From Eledone cirrhosa (Eukaryota), in NCBI GenBank assembly GCA_964016885.1, contig OZ024757.1, positions 186,001 to 250,000 on the forward strand: a DNA stretch of 64,000 nt. Reading direction: 5' to 3'. Below the pieces are notes generated by a model. The model had not been told where the DNA came from. It did no database searches and was given only the letters and a program-made list of their open reading frames with translations. Shown here one piece after another: positions 28,701 to 41,020 of the stretch (its first letter is position 1; every line of letters begins with the position of its first letter). The translations under genes were made by a program, and so were the position numbers.

Positions 28701-29230
28701 ACTAGGTTGAGGTAGTGACATTGGGGTGAAGACAGTAGCTACTAGGGTGAGATAGTGACATTGGGGTGAAGACAATAGCTACTAGGGTGAGGTAGTGACA
28801 TTGGGGTGGAGACAATAGCTACTAGGGTGAGATAGTGACATTGGGGTGAAGACAATAGCTACTAGGGTGAGATAGTGACATTGGGGTGAAGACAATAGCT
28901 ACTCGGTTGAGGTAGAGACATTGGGGTGGAGACAATAGCTACTAGGGTGAGATAGTGACATTGGGGTGAAGACAATAGCTACTAGGGGAAGATAGTTACA
29001 TATGGGTGAAGACAGTAGCTACTAGGGTGAGATAGGGACATTGGGGTGGAGAGAGTAGCTACTAGGGTGAGATAGTGACATTGGGGTGAAGACAATAGCT
29101 ACTAGGGTGAGATAGTGACATTGGGGTGAAGACAATAGCTACTAGGGTGAGATAGTGACATTGGGGTGAAGACAGTAGCTACTAGGGTGAGATAGTGACA
29201 TCGGGGCGAAGACAATAGCTACTAGGGTGA
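19760..29230. repeat. Tandem duplication of a ~4.75-kb block (offset 4776 then 4736), each copy made of two related ~2.3-2.5 kb halves
   Basis: GTAATTACTATTGTGAG at 20881/25657 (4776); GTGCGTTAGT at 22791/27527 (4736); GACATCGGGGCG at 24461/29197 (4736); the identical spurious ORFs at 20330/25106. The marker GTATGAC occurs at 20978, 23497, 25754 and 28233. Confidence 0.92.
21090..21810. repeat. Local 360-bp (9-monomer) tandem duplication
   Basis: TAGCTACTCGGTTGAGGTAGAGAC at 21281 and 21641. The same pair recurs at about 23801/24161, 26061/26421 and 28541/28901. Confidence 0.88.
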
Positions 29231-32200
29231 GGTAGTGACATTGGGGTGGAGACAATAGCTACTAGGGTGAGATAGTGACATTAGGGTGAAGACAATAGCT
29301 ACTAGGGTGAGATAGTGACATTGGGGTGAAGACAATAGCTACTAGGGTGAGATAGTGACATTGGGGTGAAGACAGTAGCTACTAGGGTGAAGACAATAGC
29401 TACTAGGGTGAGGTAGTGACATTGGGGTGGAGACAATAGCTACTAGGGTGAGATAGTGACATTGGGGTGAAGACAATAGCTACTAGGGTGAGATAGTGAC
29501 AGTGGGTTGAAGACAATAGCTACTAGGGCGAGATAGTGACATTGGGGTGAAGACAGTAGCTACTAGGGTAAGATAGTTTCATATGGGTGAAGACAGTAGC
29601 TACTTGGGTGAGATAGGGACATTGTGTGACAACAGTAGCTACTTGGGTGAGATAGTGACATTAGGGTCAATACAGTAGCTACTAGGGTGAGATAGTTACA
29701 TTGGGGTGAAGACAGTAACTACTAGGGTGGGATAGTGACATTGGGGTGAAGACAATAGCTACTAGGGTGAGATAGTGAACTTAGGGTGAAGACAGTAGCT
29801 ACTAGGTTGAGATAGTGACATTGGGGTGAAGACAGTAACTACTAGGGTGAGATAGTGACATTGGGGTAAAAACTATAGCTACTAGGGTGAGATAGTGACA
29901 TTGGGTTGACGACAATAGCTACTAGGGTGAGATAGTGACGTTGGGTGAAGACAAATGCTACTTGGGTGAGATAGTGACATTGAGGTGAAGACAATAGCTA
30001 CTAGGGTGAGATAGTGACATGAGGGTGAAGACAGAAGCTACTAAGGTGAGATAGTGATATTGGGGTGAAGACAATAGCTACTAGGGTGCGATAGTGACGT
30101 TGGGGTGAAGACAATAGCTACTAGGGTGAGATAGTGACATTGGGGTGAAGACAGTAGCTACTAGGGTGAGATAGTGACATTGGGGTGAAGACAATAGCTA
30201 CTAGGGTGAGATAGTGACATTGGGGTGAAGACAATAGCTACTAGGTTGAGGTAGTGACATTGGGGTGGAGACAATAGCTACTAGGGTAAGATAGTGACAT
30301 TGGGGTGAAGACAATAGCTACTAGGGTGAGATAGTGACATTGGGGTGAAGACAATAGCTACTAGGGTGAGATAGTGACATTGGGGTGAAGACAGTAGCTA
30401 CTAGGGTGAGATAGTGACATTGGGGCGAAGACAATAGCTACTAGGGTGAGGTAGTGACACTGGGGTGGAGACAATAGCTACTAGGGTGAGATAGTGACAT
30501 TAGGGTGAAGACAATAGCTACTAGGGTGAGATAGTGACATTGGGGTGAAGACAATAGCTACTAGGGTGAGATAATGACATTGGGGTGAAGACAGTAGCTA
30601 CTAGGGTGAAGACAATAGCTACTAGGGTGAGGTAGTGACATTGGGGTGGAGACAATAGCTACTAGGGTGAGATAGTGACATTGGGGTGAAGACAATAGCT
30701 ACTAGGGTGAGATAGTGACAGTGGGTTGAAGACAATAGCTACTAGGGTGAGATAGTGACATTGGGGTGAAGACAGTAGCTACTAGGCTGAGATAGTGACA
30801 TTGGGGTGAAGACAGTAGCTACTAGGGTAAGATAGTTACATATGGGTGAAGACAGTAGCTACTTGGGTGAGATAGGGACATTGTGTGACAACAGTAGCTA
30901 CTTGGGTGAGATAGTGACATTAGGGTCAATACAGTAGCTACTAGGGTGAGATAGTGACATTGGGGTGAAGACAATAGCTACTAGGGTGAGATAGTGAACT
31001 TAGGGTGAAGACAGTAGCTACTAGGGTGAGATAGTGACATTGGGGTGAAGACAGTAACTACTAGGGTGAGATAGTGACATTGGGGTAAAAACAATAGCTA
31101 CTAGGGTGAGATAGTGACATTGGGGTGAAGACAGTAGCTACTAAGGTGAGATAGTGACATTGGGGTGAAAACAATAGCTACTAGGGTGAGATAGTGACAT
31201 TGGGTTGACGACAATAGCTACTAGGGAGAGATAGTGACGTTGGGTAAAGACAAATGCTACTATGGTGCGATAGTGACATTGGGGTGAAAACAATAGCTAC
31301 TTGGGTGAGATAGTGACATTGGGATGAAGACAATAGCTACTAGGGTGAGATGGTGACATTGGGGTGAAGACAATAGCTACTAGGGTGAGATGGTGACATT
31401 GGGGTGAAGACAATAGCTACTAGGGTGAGATAGTGATATTGGGGTGAAGACAATAGCTACAAGGGTGAGATAGTGACATTGGGGTGAAGTCAATAGCTAC
31501 TAGGGTGAGATAGAGACATTGGGGTGAAGACAATAGCTACTAGGGTGAGATAGTGACATTGGGGTGAAAACAATAGCTACGAGGGTGCGATAGTGACATT
31601 GGGGTGAAGACAATAGCTACTAGGGTGAGATAGTCACATTGGGGTGAAGACAGTAGCTACTAGGGTGAGATAGTGACATTGTAGTGGAGACAGAAGCTAC
31701 TAAGGTGAGATAGTGACATTGGGGTGAAGACAATAGCTACTAGGGTGAGCTAGTGACATTGGGGTGAAGACAGAAGCTACTAAGGTGAGATAGTGACATT
31801 GGGGTGAAGACAATAGCTACTAGGGTGAGATAGTGACATTGGGTTGACGACAATAGCTACTAGGGTGAGATAGTGACATTGGAGTGAAGACAAATGCTAC
31901 AATGGTGCGATAGTGACATTGGGATGAAGACAGTAGCTACTAGGGTGAGATAGTGACATTGGAGTGGAGACAGAAGCTACTAAGGTGAGATAGTGATATT
32001 GGGGTGAAGACAATAGCTACTAGGGTGAGGTATGACATTGGGGTGAAGACAGTAGCTACTAGGGTGAGATAGTGACATTGGGGTGAAGACAGAAGCTACT
32101 AAGGTGAGATAGTGATATTGGGGTGAAGACAATAGCTACTAGGTTGAGGTAGTGACATTGGGGTGAAGACAGTAGCTACTAGGGTGAGATAGTGACATTG

Positions 32201-32299
32201 GGGTGAAGACAATAGCTACTAGGGTGAGGTAGTGACATTGGGGGGGAGACAATAGCTACTAGGGTGAGATAGTGACATTGGGGTGAAGTCAATAGCTAC

Positions 32300-35200
32300 T
32301 AGGGTGAGATAGTGACATTGGGGTGAAGACAATAGCTACTCGGTTGAGGTAGAGACATTGGGGTGGAGACAATAGCTACTAGGGTGAGATAGTGACATTG
32401 GGGTGAAGACAATAGCTACTAGGGGAAGATAGTTACATATGGGTGAAGACAGTAGCTACTAGGGTGAGATAGGGACATTGGGGTGGAGAGAGTAGCTACT
32501 AGGGTGAGATAGTGACATTGGGGTGAAGACAATAGCTACTAGGGTGAGATAGGGACATTAGGGTGAAGACAGAAGCTACTAAGGTGAGATAGTGACATTG
32601 GGGTGAAGACAATAGCTACTAGGGTGAGATAGTGACATTGGGGTGAAGACAGTAGCTACTAGGGTGAGAAAGTGACATTGGGGTGAAGACAATAGCTACT
32701 AGGGTGAGGTAGTGACATTGGGGTGGAGACAATAGCTACTAGGGTTAGATAGTGACATTGGGGTGAAGACAATAGCTACTAGGGTGAGATAGTGACATTG
32801 GGTTGAAGACAATAGCTATTAGGGTGAGATAGTGACATTGGGGTGAAGACAGTAGCTACTAGGCTGAGATAGTGACATTGGGGTGAAGACAGTAGCTACT
32901 AGGGTAAGATAGTTACATATGGGTGAAGACAGTAGCTACTTGGGTGAGATAGGGACATTGTGTGACAACAGTAGCTACTTGGGTGAGATAGTTACATTGG
33001 GTTGAAGACAGTAGCTACTAGGGTGGGATAGTGACATTGAGGTGAAGACAATAGCTACTAGGGTGAGATAGTGAACTTAGGGTGAAGACAGTAGCTACTA
33101 GGGTGAGATAGTGACATTGGGGTGAAAACAATAGCTACTAGGGTGAGATAGTGACATTGGGGTGAAAACAATAGCTACTAGGGTGAGGTAGTGACATTGG
33201 GGTGGAGACAATAGCTACTAGGGTGAGATAGTGACATTAGGGTGAAGACAATAGCTACTAGGGTGAGATAGTGACATTGGGGTGAAGATAATAGCTACTA
33301 GGGTGAGATAGTGACATTGGGGTGAAGACAGTAGCTACTAGGGCGAAGACAATAGCTACTAGGGTAAGGTAGTGACATTGGGGTGGAGACAATAGCTACT
33401 AGGGTCAGATAGTGACATTGGGGTGAAGACAATAGCTACTAGGGTGAGATAGTGACATTGGGTTGAAGACAATAGCTACTAGGGTCAGATAGTGACATTG
33501 GGGTGAAGACAGTAGCTACTAGGCTAAGATAGTGACATTGGGGTGAAGACAGTAGCTACTAGGGTAAGATAGTAACATATGGGTGAAGACAGTAGCTACT
33601 TGGGTGAGATAGGGACATTGTTTGACAACAGTAGCTACTTGGGTGAGATAGTGACATTAGGGTCAATACAGTAGCTACTAGGGTGAGATAGTTACATTGG
33701 GGTGAAGACAGTAACTACTAGGGTGGGATAGTGACATTGGGGTGAAGACAATAGCTACTAGGGTGAGATAGTGAACTTAGGGTGAAGACAGTAGCTACTA
33801 GGGTGAGATAGTGACATTGGGGTGAAGACAGTAACTACTAGGGTGAGATAGTGACATTGGGGTAAAAACAATAGCTACTAGGGTGAGATAGTGACATTGG
33901 GGTGAAGACAGTAGCTACTAAGGTGAGATAGTCACATTGGGGTGAAAACAATAGCTACTAGGGTGAGATAGTGACATTGGGTTGACGACAATAGCTACTA
34001 GGGTGAGATAGTGACGTTGGGGGAAGACAAATGCTACTATGGTGCGATAGTGACATTGGGGTCAAAACAATAGCTACTTGGGTGAGATAGTGACATTGGG
34101 ATGAAGACAGTAGCTACTAGGGTCAGATAGTGACATTGGAGTGGAGACAGAAGCTACTAAGGTGAGATAGTGACATTGAGGTGAAGACAATAGCTACTAG
34201 GGTGAGATAGTGACATTGGGGTGAAGACAGAAGCTACTAAGGTTAGATAGTGATATTGGGGTGAAGACAATAGCTACTAGGGTGCGATAGTGACGTTGGG
34301 GTGAAGACAATAGCTACCAGGGTGAGATAGTGACATTGGGGTGAAGACAGTAGCTACTAGGGTGAGATAGTGACATTGGGGTGAAGACAATAGCTACTAG
34401 GGTGAGCTAGTGACATTGGGGTGGAGACAATAGCTACTAGGGTGAGATAGTGACATTGGGGTGAAGACAGTAGCTACTAGGGTGAGATAGTGACATTGGG
34501 GCGAAGACAATAGCTACTAGGGTGAAGACAATAGCTACTAGGGTGAGGTAGTGACATTAGGGTGAAGACAATAGCTACTAGGGTGAGATAGTGACATTGG
34601 GGTAAAGACAATAGCTACTAGGGTGAGATAGTGACATTGGGGTGAAGACAGTAGCTACTAGGGTGAAGACAATAGCTACTAGGGTGAGGTAGTGACATTG
34701 GGGTGGAGACAATAGCTACTAGGGTGAGATAGTGACATTGGGGTGAAGACAATAGCTACTAGGGTGAGATAGTGACAGTGGGTTGAAGACAATAGCTACT
34801 AGGGTGAGATAGTGACATTGGGGTGAAGACAGTAGCTACTAGGCTGAGATAGTGACATTGGGGTGAAGACAGTAGCTACTAGGGTAAGATAGTTACATAT
34901 GGGTGAAGACAGTAGCTACTTGGGTGAGATAGGGACATTGTGTGACAACAGTAGCTACTTGGGTGAGATAGTGACATTAGGGTCAATACAGTAGCTACTA
35001 GGGTGAGATAGTTACATTGGGGTGAAGACAGTAACTACTAGGGTGAGATAGTGACATTGGGGTAAAAACAATAGCTACTAGGGTGAGATAGTGACATTGG
35101 GTTGACGACAATAGCTACTAGGGTGAGATAGTGAACTTAGGGTGAAGACAGTAGCTACTAGGGTGGGATAGTGACATTGGGGTGAAGACAGTAACTACTA

Positions 35201-38200
35201 GGGTGAGATAGTGACATTGGGGTAAAAACAATAGCTACTAGGGTGAGATAGTGACATTGGGTTGACGACAATAGCTACTAGGGTGAGATAGTGAACTTAG
35301 GGTGAAGACAGTAGCTACTAGGGTGAGATAGTGACATTGGGGTGAAGACAGTAACTACTAGGGTGAGATAGTGACATTGGGGTAAAAACAATAGCTACTA
35401 GGGTGAGATAGTGACATTGGGTTGACGACAATAGCTACTAGGGTGAGATAGTGACGTTGGGTGAAGACAAATGCTACTAGGGTGAGATAGTGACATTGGG
35501 TTGACGACAATAGCTACTAGGGTGAGATAGTGACGTTGGGTAAAGACAAATGCTACTATGGTGCGATAGTGACATTGGGGTGAAAACAATAGCTACTTGG
35601 GTTAGATAGTGACATTGGGATGAAGACAATAGCTACTAGGGTGAGATGGTGACATTGGGGTGAAGACAATAGCTACTAGGGTGAGATGGTGACATTGGGG
35701 TGAAGACAATAGCTACTAGGGTGACATAGTGATATTGGGGTGAAGACAATAGCTACAAGGGTGAGATAGTGACATTGGGGTGAAGTCAATAGCTACTAGG
35801 GTGAGATAGAGACATTGGGGTGAAGACAATAGCTACTAGGGTGAGATAGTGACATTGGGGTGAAAACAATAGCTACGAGGGTGCGATAGTGACATTGGGG
35901 TGAAGACAATAGCTACTAGGGTGAGATAGTGACATTGGGGTGAAGACAGTAGCTACTAGGGTGAGTTGTGACATTGTAGTGGAGACTGAAGCTATTAAGG
36001 TGAGATAGTGACATTGGGGTGAAGACAATAGCTACTAGGGTGAGCTCGTGACATTGGGGTGAAGACAGAAGCTACTAAGGTGAGATAGTGACATTGGGGT
36101 GAAAACAATAGCTACTAGGGTGAGATAGTGACATTGGGTTGACGACAATAGCTACTAGGGTGAGATAGTGACATTGGGATGAAGACAGTAGCTACTAGGG
36201 TGAGATAGTGACATTGGAGTGGAGACAGAAGCTACTAAGGTGAGATAGTGATATTGGGGTGAAGACAATAGCTACTAGGGTGAGGTAGTGACATTGGGGT
36301 GAAGACAGTAGCTACTAGGGTGAGATAGTGACATTGGGGTGAAGACAGAAGCTACTAAGGTGAGATAGTGATATTGGGATGAAGACAATAGCTACTAGGT
36401 TGAGGTAGTGACATTGGGGTGAAGACAGTAGCTACTAGGGTGAGATAGTGACATTGGGGTGAAGACAATAGCTACTAGGGTGAGGTAGTGACATTGGGGT
36501 GGAGACAATAGCTACTATGGTGAGATAGTGACATTGGGGTGAAGACAATAGCTACTAGGGTGAGATAGTGACATTGGGGTGAAGACAATAGCTACTAGGT
36601 TGAGGTAGTGACATTGGGGTGGAGACAATAGCTACTAGGGTGAGATAGTGACATTGGGGTGACGACAATAGCTACTAGGGTGAGATAGTGACATTGGGGT
36701 GAAGACAATAGCTACTCGGTTGAGGTAGAGACATTGGGGTGGAGACAATAGCTACTAGGGTGAGATAGTGACATTGGGGTGAAGACAATAGCTACTAGGG
36801 GAAGATAGTTACATATGGGTGAAGACAGTAGCTACTAGGGTGAGATAGGGACATTGGGGTGGAGAGAGTAGCTACTAGGGTGAGATAGTGACATTGGGGT
36901 GAAGACAATAGCTACTAGGGTGAGATAGGGACATTAGGGTGAAGACAGAAGCTACTAAGGTGAGATAGTGACATTGGGGTGAAGACAATAGCTACTAGGG
37001 TGAGATAGTGACATTGGGGTGAAGACAGTAGCTACTAGGGTGAGAAAGTGACATTGGGGTGAAGACAATAGCTACTAGGGTGAGGTAGTGACATTGGGGT
37101 GGAGACAATAGCTACTAGGGTTAGATAGTGACATTGGGGTGAAGACAATAGCTACTAGGGTGAGATAGTGACATTGGGTTGAAGACAATAGCTATTAGGG
37201 TGAGATAGTGACATTGGGGTGAAGACAGTAGCTACTAGGCTGAGATAGTGACATTGGGGTGAAGACAGTAGCTACTAGGGTAAGATAGTTACATATGGGT
37301 GAAGACAGTAGCTACTTGGGTGAGATAGGGACATTGTGTGACAACAGTAGCTACTTGGGTGAGATAGTTACATTGGGTTGAAGACAGTAGCTACTAGGGT
37401 GGGATAGTGACATTGAGGTGAAGACAATAGCTACTAGGGTGAGATAGTGAACTTAGGGTGAAGACAGTAGCTACTAGGGTGAGATAGTGACATTGGGGTG
37501 AAAACAATAGCTACTAGGGTGAGATAGTGACATTGGGGTGAAAACAATAGCTACTAGGGTGAGGTAGTGACATTGGGGTGGAGACAATAGCTACTAGGGT
37601 GAGATAGTGACATTAGGGTGAAGACAATAGCTACTAGGGTGAGATAGTGACATTGGGGTGAAGATAATAGCTACTAGGGTGAGATAGTGACATTGGGGTG
37701 AAGACAGTAGCTACTAGGGCGAAGACAATAGCTACTAGGGTAAGGTAGTGACATTGGGGTGGAGACAATAGCTACTAGGGTCAGATAGTGACATTGGGGT
37801 GAAGACAATAGCTACTAGGGTGAGATAGTGACATTGGGTTGAAGACAATAGCTACTAGGGTCAGATAGTGACATTGGGGTGAAGACAGTAGCTACTAGGG
37901 TAAGATAGTAACATATGGGTGAAGACAGTAGCTACTTGGGTGAGATAGGGACATTGTTTGACAACAGTAGCTACTTGGGTGAGATAGTGACATTAGGGTC
38001 AATACAGTAGCTACTAGGGTGAGATAGTTACATTGGGGTGAAGACAGTAACTACTAGGGTGGGATAGTGACATTGGGGTGAAGACAATAGCTACTAGGGT
38101 GAGATAGTGAACTTAGGGTGAAGACAGTAGCTACTAGGGTGAGATAGTGACATTGGGGTGAAGACAGTAACTACTAGGGTGAGATAGTGACATTGGGGTA

Positions 38201-41020
38201 AAAACAATAGCTACTAGGGTGAGATAGTGACATTGGGGTGAAGACAGTAGCTACTAAGGTGAGATAGTCACATTGGGGTGAAAACAATAGCTACTAGGGT
38301 GAGATAGTGACATTGGGTTGACGACAATAGCTACTAGGGTGAGATAGTGACGTTGGGGGAAGACAAATGCTACTATGGTGCGATAGTGACATTGGGGTCA
38401 AAACAATAGCTACTTGGGTGAGATAGTGACATTGGGATGAAGACAGTAGCTACTAGGGTCAGATAGTGACATTGGAGTGGAGACAGAAGCTACTAAGGTG
38501 AGATAGTGACATTGAGGTGAAGACAATAGCTACTAGGGTGAGATAGTGACATTGGGGTGAAGACAGAAGCTACTAAGGTGAGATAGTGATATTGGGGTGA
38601 AGACAATAGCTACTAGGGTGCGATAGTGACGTTGGGGTGAAGACAATAGCTACCAGGGTGAGATAGTGACATTGGGGTGAAGACAGTAGCTACTAGGGTG
38701 AGATAGTGACATTGGGGTGAAGACAATAGCTACTAGGGTGAGCTAGTGACATTGGGGTGGAGACAATAGCTACTAGGGTGAGATAGTGACATTGGGGTGA
38801 AGACAGTAGCTACTAGGGTGAGATAGTGACATTGGGGCGAAGACAATAGCTACTAGGGTGAAGACAATAGCTACTAGGGTGAGGTAGTGACATTAGGGTG
38901 AAGACAATAGCTACTAGGGTGAGATAGTGACATTGGGGTAAAGACAATAGCTACTAGGGTGAGATAGTGACATTGGGGTGAAGACAGTAGCTACTAGGGT
39001 GAAGACAATAGCTACTAGGGTGAGGTAGTGACATTGGGGTGGAGACAATAGCTACTAGGGTGAGATAGTGACATTGGGGTGAAGACAATAGCTACTAGGG
39101 TGAGATAGTGACAGTGGGTTGAAGACAATAGCTACTAGGGTGAGATAGTGACATTGGGGTGAAGACAGTAGCTACTAGGCTGAGATAGTGACATTGGGGT
39201 GAAGACAGTAGCTACTAGGGTAAGATAGTTACATATGGGTGAAGACAGTAGCTACTTGGGTGAGATAGGGACATTGTGTGACAACAGTAGCTACTTGGGT
39301 GAGATAGTGACATTAGGGTCAATACAGTAGCTACTAGGGTGAGATAGTTACATTGGGGTGAAGACAGTAACTACTAGGGTGAGATAGTGACATTGGGGTA
39401 AAAACAATAGCTACTAGGGTGAGATAGTGACATTGGGTTGACGACAATAGCTACTAGGGTGAGATAGTGAACTTAGGGTGAAGACAGTAGCTACTAGGGT
39501 GGGATAGTGACATTGGGGTGAAGACAGTAACTACTAGGGTGAGATAGTGACATTGGGGTAAAAACAATAGCTACTAGGGTGAGATAGTGACATTGGGTTG
39601 ACGACAATAGCTACTAGGGTGAGATAGTGAACTTAGGGTGAAGACAGTAGCTACTAGGGTGAGATAGTGACATTGGGGTGAAGACAGTAACTACTAGGGT
39701 GAGATAGTGACATTGGGGTAAAAACAATAGCTACTAGGGTGAGATAGTGACATTGGGTTGACGACAATAGCTACTAGGGTGAGATAGTGACGTTGGGTGA
39801 AGACAAATGCTACTAGGGTGAGATAGTGACATTGGGTTGACGACAATAGCTACTAGGGTGAGATAGTGACGTTGGGTAAAGACAAATGCTACTATGGTGC
39901 GATAGTGACATTGGGGTGAAAACAATAGCTACTTGGGTTAGATAGTGACATTGGGATGAAGACAATAGCTACTAGGGTGAGATGGTGACATTGGGGTGAA
40001 GACAATAGCTACTAGGGTGAGATGGTGACATTGGGGTGAAGACAATAGCTACTAGGGTGAGATAGTGATATTGGGGTGAAGACAATAGCTACAAGGGTGA
40101 GATAGTGACATTGGGGTGAAGTCAATAGCTACTAGGGTGAGATAGAGACATTGGGGTGAAGACAATAGCTACTAGGGTGAGATAGTGACATTGGGGTGAA
40201 AACAATAGCTACGAGGGTGCGATAGTGACATTGGGGTGAAGACAATAGCTACTAGGGTGAGATAGTGACATTGGGGTGAAGACAGTAGCTACTAGGGTGA
40301 GTTGTGACATTGTAGTGGAGACTGAAGCTATTAAGGTGAGATAGTGACATTGGGGTGAAGACAATAGCTACTAGGGTGAGCTCGTGACATTGGGGTGAAG
40401 ACAGAAGCTACTAAGGTGAGATAGTGACATTGGGGTGAAAACAATAGCTACTAGGGTGAGATAGTGACATTGGGTTGACGACAATAGCTACTAGGGTGAG
40501 ATAGTGACATTGGGATGAAGACAGTAGCTACTAGGGTGAGATAGTGACATTGGAGTGGAGACAGAAGCTACTAAGGTGAGATAGTGATATTGGGGTGAAG
40601 ACAATAGCTACTAGGGTGAGGTAGTGACATTGGGGTGAAGACAGTAGCTACTAGGGTGAGATAGTGACATTGGGGTGAAGACAGAAGCTACTAAGGTGAG
40701 ATAGTGATATTGGGATGAAGACAATAGCTACTAGGTTGAGGTAGTGACATTGGGGTGAAGACAGTAGCTACTAGGGTGAGATAGTGACATTGGGGTGAAG
40801 ACAATAGCTACTAGGGTGAGGTAGTGACATTGGGGTGGAGACAATAGCTACTATGGTGAGATAGTGACATTGGGGTGAAGACAATAGCTACTAGGGTGAG
40901 ATAGTGACATTGGGGTGAAGACAATAGCTACTAGGTTGAGGTAGTGACATTGGGGTGGAGACAATAGCTACTAGGGTGAGATAGTGACATTGGGGTGACG
41001 ACAATAGCTACTAGGGTGAG
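32300..41020. repeat. Tandem duplication of a ~4.35-kb block (offset 4376 then 4336)
   Basis: TGAGAAAGTG at 32665/37041 (4376); TAGCTACCAG at 34311/38647 (4336); GTGAGTTGTGACATTGTAGTGGAGACTGAAGCTATTAAGG at 35961/40297 (4336); identical ORFs at 35398/39734. Confidence 0.92.
35020..35460. repeat. Local 160-bp (4-monomer) repeat, about 2.7 copies
   Basis: GTAACTACTA at 35031, 35191 and 35351, each followed by GGTAAAAACA and GTTGACGACA units. The structure is copied again at about 39360-39800. Confidence 0.85.
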
